Notes: a model not told the origin generated them from the letters alone. A stretch of DNA of 64,000 bases from Lysobacterales bacterium (GCA_028285525.1 JANQOZ010000020.1:3663-67662), one strand, 5' to 3'; shown: positions 11,839 through 22,438, numbered from the stretch's first letter. Program-made: numbers and translations.

Positions 11839-13131
11839 CTAAAGCGCCGGTTCTGCTAGCAGCCGGTTGAGTTCCGCCTGCAGCTCAGCAAGCATCTCGG
11901 TGTGAAAATCCCCGGTTCCGGGGCCGGCAAAACCGCTGTGGATTCGCTGAACCCGATGCTCGCGGTCCAGGAACAGCGTGGTCGGGTAGGCAACCACCTT
12001 GTCCAGAAAGCCGAGGGTTTTCGCGGCCTCTTCCTTGTCGTTGACGCCGGCCAGCAGCAGCTCGTATTCGATCTCATGGCGATCCCGGAATCGGCTGATC
12101 ATCTCCCGATCGCGCTCGACGTCTCCGGTAAACTCAAACGCCAGCCCGATGATTTCCAGCCCATCGTCGCGGCGCTCTTTGTACCAGCGGCTCAGCACAG
12201 GCGCCTCGTCATTGCAGTTCGGACACCAGCTTCCGAAGAGATTGACTAGCACCACCTTCCCCTCAAAACGAGGGTCGTTGAGGGAAACCGTCTCACCCAG
12301 CAGATTTTGAAACGCAAAGTCGATACGGTCGCTGGCGGAACTCAGACTCACCTGCTCCCAGGCGTCGGGCAGAAACTTCTCTCCAGCGTCAGCCCGGCTC
12401 GCCTGCCAGGTTGCGTGATAGGTTTCCCGCGACCAGAAGTCGCCGCGCAGCATCCCGTCCTCACCCAGCTGTGCGTCGAACAAAAACACGTGGGCGCCGT
12501 CGAAGGCTGAGAGGCGCAGCCGGTTTTGCTCGAAGCTGCCGGCAAGAAAGCGATAGTCGCCGGTGGGGGTCAGAAAGGTCCCGGTCACCGCCTGACCATC
12601 TTGGACGAACTCACCCCGCGCGGGCTCGGTGCCGTCTTCATCGCTGAATTCGACGCGCCAGGTGCCGTCGATCGACGTGTCGGATTCAGCCGCTGTCGCC
12701 GCGGCCAGCGGCAGAAATCGGATTGCCATACCGCGGGTTGCGCTGAAGGGCAGCGAGGAGTCCACGCCTCCCTCGTGGGTTTTGCGCCAGCGCCCGCGCA
12801 TGACCGAGCCGTCGGAGGACAGCTCAGCGGTGATCTCCGAGTCGTACCACGGATAGCTCATCACCACCTGGCTGCCGCGGCGCTCGACGCTGCCGAAGTT
12901 CGCCTGCTCCTCACCGTTGACCACATAGCCGCTGGCCTGATCGTCTCCGATCACCAGCTCGAACGGCAGCTCGCCACCCGGGGAGGACAGCACCGCCCGC
13001 CAGCTCCCGGCGATGGTCGTGACGGCCGGCGGCTCCTTGGCGGTCGCTCGATCTGACGTCGCGGCACCCTCGTCACCGCAGCCAGTGAGCAAGATGGTCG
13101 CCAGCGCGACCGTCCCGATAACTCGATTCAT
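11839..13131 (-). CDS. TlpA-family thiol-disulfide oxidoreductase lipoprotein
   Basis: Lipobox LLTGC; two beta-rich N-terminal repeats; GSWCPNC and YPT cis-Pro motif. Confidence 0.88.
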   Translation of the reverse strand: MNRVIGTVALATILLTGCGDEGAATSDRATAKEPPAVTTIAGSWRAVLSSPGGELPFELVIGDDQASGYVVNGEEQANFGSVERRGSQVVMSYPWYDSEITAELSSDGSVMRGRWRKTHEGGVDSSLPFSATRGMAIRFLPLAAATAAESDTSIDGTWRVEFSDEDGTEPARGEFVQDGQAVTGTFLTPTGDYRFLAGSFEQNRLRLSAFDGAHVFLFDAQLGEDGMLRGDFWSRETYHATWQASRADAGEKFLPDAWEQVSLSSASDRIDFAFQNLLGETVSLNDPRFEGKVVLVNLFGSWCPNCNDEAPVLSRWYKERRDDGLEIIGLAFEFTGDVERDREMISRFRDRHEIEYELLLAGVNDKEEAAKTLGFLDKVVAYPTTLFLDREHRVQRIHSGFAGPGTGDFHTEMLAELQAELNRLLAEPAL

Positions 13132-14393
13132 GAAGTCTCCTCGGCTCTGGTGCGAACCAGCTTGATGTGGCTGCGCAAATGGTAAAGCTCGTCGGCGTAG
13201 GACAGCGGTGTGTCTACCTGCTTGACCTCGCGATCCAATGCCGCCACCTGACTCAGCAGCTCGGGACCCGCACCCTCTTGGTCAAGGCGCGACTCCAGCT
13301 GCCGCAGGTCTTCGTACCAGCGATAGATACGCGATCGAACCCGCCACCGATAGACCGGCGGGAACAGTCGGATCAGCGGCAGCAGCAGTGCGAGAAGCGG
13401 GATCACCATGACAATCAGCCGATCGATGAGCGTTGCCGCCCAGAACGGCAGGATACTCTGCAGAAACGACGGCCCGCGCTGGTGGAATCGCTGGGCTTCA
13501 TCAGCAAGCGGCAAAGACAGGTAGTCGGGCGAGGGAAACTGATCGCGCTGCTGAAACAGACCCGGCGCCCCGACCACCGTCGGTGAGGCCATCAGCAGCA
13601 GGTCCACCAGCGCGGGGTGAAGATCTTCTCTGGCGACAAGCATGGCGGCGACCCCAATCAGCCGACGATCCTCGGGCGGATTGTCGGTCGCCAGATTGAT
13701 CGCGCCGGCCGGCAGCTCCAGGGCGGACAGGTAACGACGATGCATCGGGTACGCGCTGGCTCGGGGCAGATCCAGCAGCCGTACCGCCGGATCGGCCAGC
13801 AGCTTTTGGACCCGAGGCGAGGACTCACCAGCCACCACAGCGAGCACGTCCAGCCTGCCTGCGACCAGCGCGCCGTCCGGATCGGCGGGTTCCGGCAGGG
13901 CCAGCGATGACAGGGTTACCCCGTTGAGCTCCAGAAGTTCGTCGACGAGGTCCCGGGTACCGCTGCCGGGAGCACCCCGGCTGATCCGCAGCGGCGCCAG
14001 CTCCTCCAGCTCCCGAGGCACGGGACTTAGCTCCGCACGATGAAAGAGCCAAAGCGGCTCAAAGTAGAGGCTGGCCAGCGCGTTAACCGCCACCTCGGGG
14101 TTGCTGTCCAGCTCAGTGCCGCCCTGCATCAGCGCCACGTCAACCTCACCGGCCGCCAAGATCGAGGCGTTTTCCTGACTGCCGGCGCTGGTCCTTAAGG
14201 TCAGCTCGATGCCCTCTTCGGCCAGAAGCTCGGCCAGCGCGAGGCCAAGCTGATGATAGGCGCCATCGGAACCGCCGGTCGCCATGATGAGCTGCTTTGG
14301 CGGCGCCGGCTCGACGAACTGATAGGCCAGGAGGAAACCGCCGGCGACCAGGGCCACGGCAAGACCACCGCCGCCCAGCAGGGGCCGGTTCAT
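13128..14393 (-). CDS. TAXI-family solute-binding protein with C-terminal membrane helix
   Basis: MATGGSDGAY, SAGSQEN, YFEPLWLF, GSGTR; C-terminal TM + YRWRVRSRIYRWY. Confidence 0.85.
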   Translation of the reverse strand: MNRPLLGGGGLAVALVAGGFLLAYQFVEPAPPKQLIMATGGSDGAYHQLGLALAELLAEEGIELTLRTSAGSQENASILAAGEVDVALMQGGTELDSNPEVAVNALASLYFEPLWLFHRAELSPVPRELEELAPLRISRGAPGSGTRDLVDELLELNGVTLSSLALPEPADPDGALVAGRLDVLAVVAGESSPRVQKLLADPAVRLLDLPRASAYPMHRRYLSALELPAGAINLATDNPPEDRRLIGVAAMLVAREDLHPALVDLLLMASPTVVGAPGLFQQRDQFPSPDYLSLPLADEAQRFHQRGPSFLQSILPFWAATLIDRLIVMVIPLLALLLPLIRLFPPVYRWRVRSRIYRWYEDLRQLESRLDQEGAGPELLSQVAALDREVKQVDTPLSYADELYHLRSHIKLVRTRAEETS

Positions 14394-14668
14394 GTGGCCT
14401 GCTCCGTCTTCGGGCCGGCCGTACCGTCCCGGTTCGAGCGAAGGCTGCTTACGAGACCCAGCAGGCTGATGCCCAGCCAGCAGGTTTCGATCACAAAAGC
14501 GGAGAGATTAAAGTCCACCCATAAAGACAGGAGAATCAGCCCGGCACCTGCGGCGTTGGCCGCGTAGTAGGGCCACGCTGAGGCGCTCCACCAGCCACGC
14601 TGCAGCGAAAGGTACGCCAGCAGCAGCAGCGCCACGCCAATCATGCCCACTCCGTCGTGAATTGCCAT
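14390..14668 (-). CDS. small membrane protein (CBU_0592-like)
   Basis: Three hydrophobic segments; YYAANAAGA...FNLSAFVIETCW pattern; 4-bp overlap with downstream gene. Confidence 0.7.
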   Translation of the reverse strand: MAIHDGVGMIGVALLLLAYLSLQRGWWSASAWPYYAANAAGAGLILLSLWVDFNLSAFVIETCWLGISLLGLVSSLRSNRDGTAGPKTEQAT

Positions 14669-14788
14669 TTGTGTTCAGCCCGTTTAGCCTGCTTCCGAAC
14701 CTGCTTTGGCAGCATAAGGTCCAGAAAAACGAACACGCATTCTATCCCACGGCCCGAACGCGCCGGCAATCGGTTATGGCCTTTCCGA

Positions 14789-16804
14789 ATGCTGCTCGGC
14801 CTGCTGCTGCTTGTAGTCGGCGGCGTCTGCAGTGCGCGCGTCGACTCCGTAAAGATTCGGGATCGGCAACTGATTCCGGCTACCGAGCAATACCCGGCCT
14901 ACGAGCGCCTGACCGGCACGGTTCGGTTTGCCATCGACCCGGCGCTGGCGGTCAACCAGCGCATCAGCGACATCTCCCTGGCCCGCACAACCCACCCGCA
15001 CGGCTGGGCCGTGGCCAGCGCAAACTTCATGATGCTGAAGCCCGCGCGGCAGCCGGAGGATCCGGTCGCGCTGCTGGAAATCTCCAACCGCGGCGGGATT
15101 GCCGGACTGCGCTACTTCCAGGGCGGCGACTACAGCCTCCAGCCGGCGCTGCCGGAGCACTTCGGTGACGGTCTGCTGATGCGCCGCGGCATGACGCTGA
15201 TCTGGGTCGGCTGGCAGTGGGACGTACCCAAAGACGGTCAGGGACGACTTCGCCTGGAGGTCCCCTACGCGCCGAGTCGCGATCCCGCAAACTACGGTCT
15301 GGTCCGGTCAGATTGGGTGGTGGATGAAGCCAGGGAGCTGCTGGCGCTGGCTCACCGCAACCATCAGGCGTACCGGCCGGCGCGCTCGGTGGATCCGCGC
15401 AACGTCCTGACGCGCCGTCGCGCCCGCCTTGGACCGAGAGAGATTGTGCCGCGCGAGCAGTGGGATTTTGTGATCGAACGCGATCCGCTCGGCAATAAGG
15501 CACCCCATCTAAAAATCGACGGCAAGGCGGAACCGGGCTTTATCTACGAACTCACGTATGTGGCCAAGGATCCCAAGCTGGTTGGGCTGGGGCTGGCGGC
15601 GATTCGCGACGTGGCCAGCTGGCTGAAGCATGGGGCGGACGACGGCATGCGTGTCGGGCACGTGCTGGGGTTTGGCGTTTCGCAGACCGGTCGCTTTGCG
15701 CGCCAGTTTCTTTATCAGGGTTTCAATCAGGACGAACAGGGCCGCCGAGCGCTCGACGGGCTGCTGATCCACTCCGCCGGCGGCGGTCGCGGCAGCTTCA
15801 ACCACCGCTTCGCCCAGCCGTCGCGTGACGGGCATCGGTATTCGGCATTCTTTTATCCCACCGACCTCTTTCCCTTCAGCGGCACCACACAGTTCGATCC
15901 GGTGAGCGGCCAGACGGACGGCCTGTTCGCAACCTATCAGGACCCGGCGCTGCTGCCGCGGATCATCTATACGAACACCGGCTATGAATACTGGGGACGC
16001 TCCGCTGCCCTGCTTCACGTCAGCCCGGACGGCGCGCGCGACGTGCCGCCGCTGGACAATGAGCGGATTTACCATCTCGCCTCGGGTCAGCATTTTGTCG
16101 GCCCACCGCCCGATCCGGCGCAGCCGCCCAGCGACGGAGTGTGGCGGAGCAATCCGCTCGATTTTCTGGTCAATTTACGCGCGCTGCTGCTGAAGCTTGA
16201 GGGCTGGGTCGTTCGCAACGAAGCGCCCCCGGAGAGCCGGTACCCGAAGCTTGCCGACGGCACGCTTCAGGCTTTGTCGGACTTTCGTTTTCCGACTTTG
16301 AATGGCGTACAGGCGCCGCAGGTGGCCCAGGAAGCGTACCGAGCCAACTACGGCCGGCGCTGGCCCCAGGGCATCATCGATCAACAGCCACCGGAGCTTG
16401 GGCCAGCCTTCCCTGTGCTGATTCCGGCGGTGGACGACTACGGCAACGAGCGCGGCGGCGTTCGCAATCTGGAAATTGCCGTGCCGGCCGCCACCTACAC
16501 ACCCTGGGCACTCCGTGAAGGCCTGCCCAACCCCGGCGAGCTCAAGGATTTTACGGGTCTCCTGGTGCCGCTGAGCGTCTGTCGGGTCGCTGGGGACAGC
16601 AGGCCCATGCTGACCGAGGCCGTGCCGGCGGACGACATCAATGCCGCCGCTGACGAACTGGTCCACCAGGGTTACGTCCTGCATGAAGATCGACAGCGCA
16701 TTATCGACAAGGCGCTGGATCGGCACCGCTGGGCACGCGGGCTGACGTGTTCAGAGTCGGACGCGGCGGTTGCCGGCATCTCGGAAACCGGTCCTAAACG
16801 CTAA
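14789..16804 (+). CDS. secreted alpha/beta-hydrolase domain protein
   Basis: Signal-like N-terminus; EISNRGG, VGWQWD, GVSQTGRF nucleophile elbow, EYWGR; start uncertain. Confidence 0.78.
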   Translation: MLLGLLLLVVGGVCSARVDSVKIRDRQLIPATEQYPAYERLTGTVRFAIDPALAVNQRISDISLARTTHPHGWAVASANFMMLKPARQPEDPVALLEISNRGGIAGLRYFQGGDYSLQPALPEHFGDGLLMRRGMTLIWVGWQWDVPKDGQGRLRLEVPYAPSRDPANYGLVRSDWVVDEARELLALAHRNHQAYRPARSVDPRNVLTRRRARLGPREIVPREQWDFVIERDPLGNKAPHLKIDGKAEPGFIYELTYVAKDPKLVGLGLAAIRDVASWLKHGADDGMRVGHVLGFGVSQTGRFARQFLYQGFNQDEQGRRALDGLLIHSAGGGRGSFNHRFAQPSRDGHRYSAFFYPTDLFPFSGTTQFDPVSGQTDGLFATYQDPALLPRIIYTNTGYEYWGRSAALLHVSPDGARDVPPLDNERIYHLASGQHFVGPPPDPAQPPSDGVWRSNPLDFLVNLRALLLKLEGWVVRNEAPPESRYPKLADGTLQALSDFRFPTLNGVQAPQVAQEAYRANYGRRWPQGIIDQQPPELGPAFPVLIPAVDDYGNERGGVRNLEIAVPAATYTPWALREGLPNPGELKDFTGLLVPLSVCRVAGDSRPMLTEAVPADDINAAADELVHQGYVLHEDRQRIIDKALDRHRWARGLTCSESDAAVAGISETGPKR

Positions 16805-16828
16805 AGTTTTTCCCGAATCGGCCGACCC
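16802..16828 (+). promoter_or_regulatory. putative sigma28 (FliA) promoter
   Basis: TAAAGTTT-N11-GCCGACCC versus consensus TAAAGTTT-N11-GCCGATAA, upstream of GGDEF-EAL gene. Confidence 0.5.
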
Positions 16829-17141
16829 CTAGTTTGATTTATGGGTGAAAGCCGTAAACGATTGTCACCTCAGCGGTTTATTCATCCACCCCCAAGAGTT
16901 TTGCGGATAGATTTATGTCAAAGTACCGATAGTGTCCTGTTTGGACACCAGGGGTCCAGACAGGAAGATGGAAGCATGGCGAGGACAGCAAAAATCCGGC
17001 CACGGAGCGGCGCTGACGGGGAAAGCCCGACCCTGCGGCTGCCCGCTGCTTCAGAAACCTGCGAAACCTTTGCTGGCGCCAGGCGGTTAGCGGCGCACCC
17101 TTCGATTATCCCGCCGCAATGCCGGCAGGAGCTCTTCTGAG

Positions 17142-19841
17142 GTGTCATCACAAACTCCCACAGGCGGCACCGGACGTCGACTGTTTCTGGCGTTTTTGCT
17201 GGTGGCGGCCGTCCCGGTCATCACGGTCAGCGTGTATGCGGTCGGGCATCTCACCGCTTCGCTTCAGCAGCAGCGACAGTCTGAGCTTGCAGCCATTGTC
17301 CAGTCACAGCGGGCGCTGCTTGCAACCCGGCTGGAGGAAGCACTGCTGCAGCTCCTGCGGTCGGAGACCGTGCTCGAAGGCGGCGCGTTCCAGTCTCTGG
17401 AAAACACGCTGGACGTTGCGCCCTCTGGTCCACGCGTTTCACTGGAAACCTCCGGTGACGGGGTCTGGTTGCTGCTGCGCGGCAACGAAACCGGCGTCCG
17501 CGCGTTGCTGGACCCAGCCTGGCTGTGGCGCGGAACGGTCACGTTGCCGCCCGGCGTTGTCCTGTGTCTCGAGTCGCTGGCAACCATTGCTCCCGTCTAC
17601 TGCGGCGATCGGGAGGGTTCAGCCCCCGAAGCCGCCCGGCTGCTCAATCGCCTCGACGAACAGGCCAACCGCACCTTCTCACCAGGTTTTGAGACCAGCA
17701 CGGCTGACCGTGTCCGCCAGAAGCTGGCGCTGAAGGACCCGTTAGCTGGCGCCGCACTGGAGCTTATCGCCATCAGAACCGACACCGGTGCTGTCGGAAA
17801 CCTGGGGCTGGGAAAACTTCTGGGCCTGCTGGCCTTGCTGTCGACCGTCATGGCGGCGCTGGCTGCATGGGTCATCCGCCGGCGACGGCTGAAGCCGCTG
17901 CAGGCGCTCAGCGAGGCCACGACGCGGGTAGGAATGGCCAACTTTGATGAGCCGGTTCAGCTTGGCGAGGCGGATGAACTCAGCGACCTCGGCCAGCGCT
18001 TCAATGTGATGATGGCGCAGCTTGAGGAACAGGTCGACCGCTACCGAAGCAACGCCGAAATCGATCGGCTGATCCTGCAGAGCGAATCGCCGGAGACCGT
18101 TCTCAACCTGATTCTCGGACGCGCATTCACCTTTATCGAGGCGGACTATCTGACCATCGGCATCGTCGATCCGGAGTGTCCGACAGAGGCGATTTGCCAG
18201 AGCACTCGCAAGAGCGACGGCAAGATTACGGATCTGTCGCGCGCCACGCTGAGCGAAGCTGACCTTGCGCTGCTGGCAAGCGCCCACCATCCGGTGGGCC
18301 TCGACCCGAAGTGGGCCGGCGCTGAATCGATGCGGAGCCTCGGCGGAAGCAATGGTCTACTCCTGGGCATTACCTGGCACGCCCGACCGCTCGGTTTTTT
18401 GCTGGCCGGAATGCCCGCGTCTGACACCTCAGAAGCGGAAATCCGCAATCAGGCGATGGAGCTCCGGGACCGTGTCGCCGTAACCCTGACCGCCGCCGAA
18501 AAAGAAAAAGCCCTGTTTGCGAAGGCGAACTTCGACTCGCTCACCGGCCTGCCCAACCGTCATCTTCTGGAGGATCGGCTTCGGCTGGCGTGCGACAGCA
18601 ACCTGTCGACCGGCGAGCCGTTCGCGCTGCTGTTTCTCGACCTGGACAACTTCAAGCTGGTGAACGACTCCGTGGGTCACGAGGGCGGCGACCAGCTGCT
18701 GCGCGAGGTTGCGGTGCGGCTCAACGATCTGTGCCAGCCGGGCGATGCGATCGCGCGCCAGGGCGGCGACGAGTTTGTCATGCTGCTCACCAGCTATCGG
18801 ACGCCGCAGGATCTCGACCAGCGGGCGCAGGAGGTGATCGCCGCCTTATCCGACGCCGTCACCATCGGCGGACACAGCACGGAGGTCAACGCGAGCATCG
18901 GGATTGCCATCTACCCGGAGGACGGGACAACGCCCGGTCAGCTGCTGCGCAACGCCGACGCCGCCATGTACCGGTCAAAGGATTTGGGCCGCAACCGCGT
19001 CACGTTCTTCACCGACGACATCAACCTGGAAATCACCCGCAAGTTCCAGATCCTCACCCAGCTCAGGCAGGCGCTCGCCGAAGACCGTCTGACCCTCGCC
19101 TACCAGCCTCAGCTGTCGCTCTCGAGCGGCGAGCTCTGCGGCGCCGAAGTGCTGGTGCGCTGGCCGGAATCCGACGTCAGTCCCGGCGAGATGATTCAGA
19201 TCGCGGAAGACTATGGCGTGATCAACGCCCTGGGACGCTGGGTCCTGGAGCGGGCATGCGCCGATTTTTCGCAGCTGGACGAAACGCTGCGACCGCCAAA
19301 GATCTCGGTGAACGTCTCGGCACGACAGCTCGCTGATCCGCAGTTTGTCGACTTTGTCTTGGATTGCCTGGCGAGACATGCGCTGAACCCGGTCAACCTG
19401 GAGCTGGAGATCACCGAATCGCTGCTGGTGAACGATAACGGCTGGGCGATCCGCCAGCTGCAGCAGCTCAAAGAAGTTGGGCTCAATCTCGCGCTGGATG
19501 ATTTCGGTACCGGCTATTCCTCACTGACCTACCTCCAGCGGCTGCCCGTCGACTCCATCAAGATCGATCGATCTTTTGTTACGCGGGTCGACAGCGACGA
19601 TACGCAGCAGGGGTTTGTCACCGCGGTGGTGCAGCTTGCCCACTCGCTGGGCAAACGGACGGTCGCCGAAGGCGCCGAGACCGATCTTGAGCTGCGAAAG
19701 CTCAAGGCGCTGGGCTGCGACGACCTTCAGGGCTATGTCTTTTCCGAGCCGTTGCCCGGGATCGATCAGCTCGCGGAGTTCATCGTGCGCCGGCAGTTCG
19801 AGCGCAGCAAGACCGCCGAACGCCACCTCGCCCAGGCCTAA
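17142..19841 (+). CDS. membrane-bound HAMP/GAF-like GGDEF-EAL protein
   Basis: Two TMs, HAMP (DELSDLGQRFN), DSLTGLPNR, GGDEF, EVL (EAL variant), DDFGTGYSSL. Confidence 0.92.
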   Translation: MSSQTPTGGTGRRLFLAFLLVAAVPVITVSVYAVGHLTASLQQQRQSELAAIVQSQRALLATRLEEALLQLLRSETVLEGGAFQSLENTLDVAPSGPRVSLETSGDGVWLLLRGNETGVRALLDPAWLWRGTVTLPPGVVLCLESLATIAPVYCGDREGSAPEAARLLNRLDEQANRTFSPGFETSTADRVRQKLALKDPLAGAALELIAIRTDTGAVGNLGLGKLLGLLALLSTVMAALAAWVIRRRRLKPLQALSEATTRVGMANFDEPVQLGEADELSDLGQRFNVMMAQLEEQVDRYRSNAEIDRLILQSESPETVLNLILGRAFTFIEADYLTIGIVDPECPTEAICQSTRKSDGKITDLSRATLSEADLALLASAHHPVGLDPKWAGAESMRSLGGSNGLLLGITWHARPLGFLLAGMPASDTSEAEIRNQAMELRDRVAVTLTAAEKEKALFAKANFDSLTGLPNRHLLEDRLRLACDSNLSTGEPFALLFLDLDNFKLVNDSVGHEGGDQLLREVAVRLNDLCQPGDAIARQGGDEFVMLLTSYRTPQDLDQRAQEVIAALSDAVTIGGHSTEVNASIGIAIYPEDGTTPGQLLRNADAAMYRSKDLGRNRVTFFTDDINLEITRKFQILTQLRQALAEDRLTLAYQPQLSLSSGELCGAEVLVRWPESDVSPGEMIQIAEDYGVINALGRWVLERACADFSQLDETLRPPKISVNVSARQLADPQFVDFVLDCLARHALNPVNLELEITESLLVNDNGWAIRQLQQLKEVGLNLALDDFGTGYSSLTYLQRLPVDSIKIDRSFVTRVDSDDTQQGFVTAVVQLAHSLGKRTVAEGAETDLELRKLKALGCDDLQGYVFSEPLPGIDQLAEFIVRRQFERSKTAERHLAQA

Positions 19842-19848
19842 TGTCCTG

Positions 19849-21783
19849 TCAGCCCCTTGCCGACAGGCTGGGCGGCATGGGGCAGTGCAGCGCCGCACAG
19901 ATCGCCCGCAGGAGCTCAACCTCCTCCAGCGTGACCTGACCATCGTGGGCCAGCGTGCTGATCGACGCTTCGATCAACGCCTGTTTGAACATGGGTTTGA
20001 GTTCGTCCACCTTGGTGAGCGCGTCGTCCAGCGTGGCCACCCAGTTTGCCGGGGCCTGGTAGCTCGCCGGATCCATGGGAAACAGGTGATTCATGCCGGA
20101 CGCGAATGCCTGGCGACACGCCGCCTCATCCTCGTGACCCACGCTGGCGAGCACCGCCAGCAGCGCTGAGGCTTCCTTCCGGCACTGCTTGAGACTCGCG
20201 TGTCCGTTGTCCACCGTGTCTGGCCGAATCGACTCTTCCAGGTACTGGCTGATGACCTTCGACAGCGCGTACTCGAAGACCGAGATATCGCCATCCGCCC
20301 TGATCAGCTGACCGATCACCTCCAGGTAGGTGCGGATCGCCTGACGCGGTCGACGTTTGACGGCCGGAAAGGCAAGCTCCACCAGCGGCAGCCGATGCAG
20401 GGCCGGGAGCGCGTCGGTTTCAGACAGATTTTCTTCGACCCGCTGCCGGTGGTTTGGACCCATGCCCGACTCGATAATCGCCAGCTGATGCTGACGCATG
20501 GCCGGATCGCGATCGAGCAGCAGCGCAAGCACAACGTCCACGGCGTGCTGCACCGAGCGGGCCTTGTCGAGCAGATCTTCGGGGATCGCGTCGATCAGCA
20601 GCTCGGCGTAGGCCACATGGTCCCAGCTCGGATTGCCCACCTCCGCCAGCAGTTCTTCGCTGTCGGCCGCGATCGCTGCCGTGCCGGCAGCCGCAAATCC
20701 CATCGCCGTCCCGGCAGCGTCCGCCGGCGCGGGTCCGGCGTCCATCGGCGGCGGCTCCAGCGCAATCCGTGCCGCCAACTCGCGGATTTCTTTCGGGTCA
20801 AACCGGGAGTCGATCGCTTTGATCCGTTCCTCCAGCGGCGGGTGGGTGGCGAACACCCGCCGGCCGACGCCGTCCGCAAAGAGCATGTGCCCGACCTCCT
20901 CGGGGTCTACCGCCTCGATCCGGCCATGTTGGGACACCGCCATAATCTTTTTCAGCGCCCCGCTGATGCCGCTCGGGTCGCGGGTGAACTGAACGGCGGA
21001 TGCGTCAGCCAGGTACTCCCGCTGACGCGACACGGCGGCCTGGATCAGGCGCCCGAAAAACAGCCCGACAAAGCCGATGACCATGAGTGACCCGCCGACG
21101 AATACCAGCGGCGCGCCGTCTTTCTTCGAGCCGCCGTGGTAGGTCACGCGCAGGATCTGGCGCCCGGCGAGACCGATCACCAGAATGCCGAAGAGCACGC
21201 CCATCAGCCGGATGTTCATCCGCATGTCGCCGTTGAAGATGTGACTGAACTCGTGGGCAATGACGCCCTGAAGCTCGCTTCGGGTGAGTGTTTCCAGACA
21301 GCCGCGGGAGACGGCGACCGCCGCGTCGCCGGGCGCATAGCCGGCGGCAAAAGCGTTGATTCCGCTTTCGCCCTCCAGCACGTAAACCTCGGGAACCGGC
21401 ACCCCGGAGGCCAGCGCAATTTCCTCCACGACATTGCAGAGCTGGCGGCGCTTGGGGCCGGTTGCGTCCGGCGACACCAGCGTCCCGCCCATGGAGCGTG
21501 CAACCACCCCACCCCCGCCGCGCAGCAGCGCCATCTTGAACAGCGTGGCGCCGCCGATCGACACCAGGACAAACAGTGACGACCACACCAGAAGCGTGGG
21601 GTTTTGCTTCAGCCACTCCCACGTCGGCATCGCCATATCCCGCTCGGAGCTGGAGATGCTGGCGGCCACAACCAGCACCACGGCATCCACCGCCAGCACG
21701 ATGCACACCACCGCCAGCAAAAATATGCCGATCAGCCCGCGGGTCTTTTTGCGGGCCTTGTCCTGCTGATCAAAAAAATTCAT
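19849..21783 (-). CDS. M48-family (HtpX-like) metallopeptidase
   Basis: MNFFDQQ N-terminus, INAFAAG, HEFSH, REYLADA, THPPLEERI; downstream of lemA. Confidence 0.92.
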   Translation of the reverse strand: MNFFDQQDKARKKTRGLIGIFLLAVVCIVLAVDAVVLVVAASISSSERDMAMPTWEWLKQNPTLLVWSSLFVLVSIGGATLFKMALLRGGGGVVARSMGGTLVSPDATGPKRRQLCNVVEEIALASGVPVPEVYVLEGESGINAFAAGYAPGDAAVAVSRGCLETLTRSELQGVIAHEFSHIFNGDMRMNIRLMGVLFGILVIGLAGRQILRVTYHGGSKKDGAPLVFVGGSLMVIGFVGLFFGRLIQAAVSRQREYLADASAVQFTRDPSGISGALKKIMAVSQHGRIEAVDPEEVGHMLFADGVGRRVFATHPPLEERIKAIDSRFDPKEIRELAARIALEPPPMDAGPAPADAAGTAMGFAAAGTAAIAADSEELLAEVGNPSWDHVAYAELLIDAIPEDLLDKARSVQHAVDVVLALLLDRDPAMRQHQLAIIESGMGPNHRQRVEENLSETDALPALHRLPLVELAFPAVKRRPRQAIRTYLEVIGQLIRADGDISVFEYALSKVISQYLEESIRPDTVDNGHASLKQCRKEASALLAVLASVGHEDEAACRQAFASGMNHLFPMDPASYQAPANWVATLDDALTKVDELKPMFKQALIEASISTLAHDGQVTLEEVELLRAICAALHCPMPPSLSARG

Positions 21784-21850
21784 GGACGCGGAGATCCCGG
21801 CGGGCGGGGCCGGCTAAGGCGCTGGCCGCAATCGCTGATGACCGGTCGGA

Positions 21851-22438
21851 TCAAAACTCGACTTTGGGGGCCTCCCGCACTTCGGGGTCCTCAATTTCCA
21901 GCAGGTCTGCAGGCTCAAAGTTGAATGAACCGGCAATCAAATTGCTGGGGAAGGTCTCGCGGGCGTTGTTGTAGTTCATCACCGAGTCGTTGAACGCCTG
22001 TCTCGCAAAAGCCACCTTGTTCTCAGTGCTTGTCAGCTCTTCGGTCAGCTGCATCATGTTCTGGTTGGCCTTCAGATCGGGATAGCTCTCGACCAGCGCA
22101 AACAGCTTGCCCAACGCTCCGGTCAACATGTTTTCCGCGCCGGAGAGCTGCTGCATGGCGCCTGGGTCCCCCGGATTGTTGATCGCCCCCTGCAGGCCAC
22201 TGACCGCCTGGTTCCGCGCCTGGATCACCGCTTCCAGCGTCTCGCGCTCGTGTTTCATGTAGCCCTTGGCCGTCTCCACGAGGTTGGGAATGAGGTCATG
22301 GCGGCGGGTCAGCTGTACATCGATCTGGGCAAAGGCGTTCTTGTACCGATTTCGTTTGGTAACCAGGCCGTTGTAGAGCGATATTGCAAAAACAATGGCC
22401 GCGATAATCAGGCCAAAAAAGATCCAACCCATGTTCAT
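21851..22438 (-). CDS. lemA: LemA family protein
   Basis: IDVQLTRRHDLIPNLV, HERETL, YPDLKAN, TENKVAFARQ. Confidence 0.95.
   Translation of the reverse strand: MNMGWIFFGLIIAAIVFAISLYNGLVTKRNRYKNAFAQIDVQLTRRHDLIPNLVETAKGYMKHERETLEAVIQARNQAVSGLQGAINNPGDPGAMQQLSGAENMLTGALGKLFALVESYPDLKANQNMMQLTEELTSTENKVAFARQAFNDSVMNYNNARETFPSNLIAGSFNFEPADLLEIEDPEVREAPKVEF

Noticed and set aside
16960-17060. c-di-GMP-I/II riboswitch upstream of GGDEF-EAL gene
   Set aside because: Has GCAAA, GAAA and GGAAGC fragments but not in consensus order; GGGCAC/GTGCAACC core missing.
16841-17151. Short ORFs 16841-17140 (+) and 16918-17151 (-)
   Set aside because: No RBS, atypical composition and no recognisable domain; treated as intergenic.
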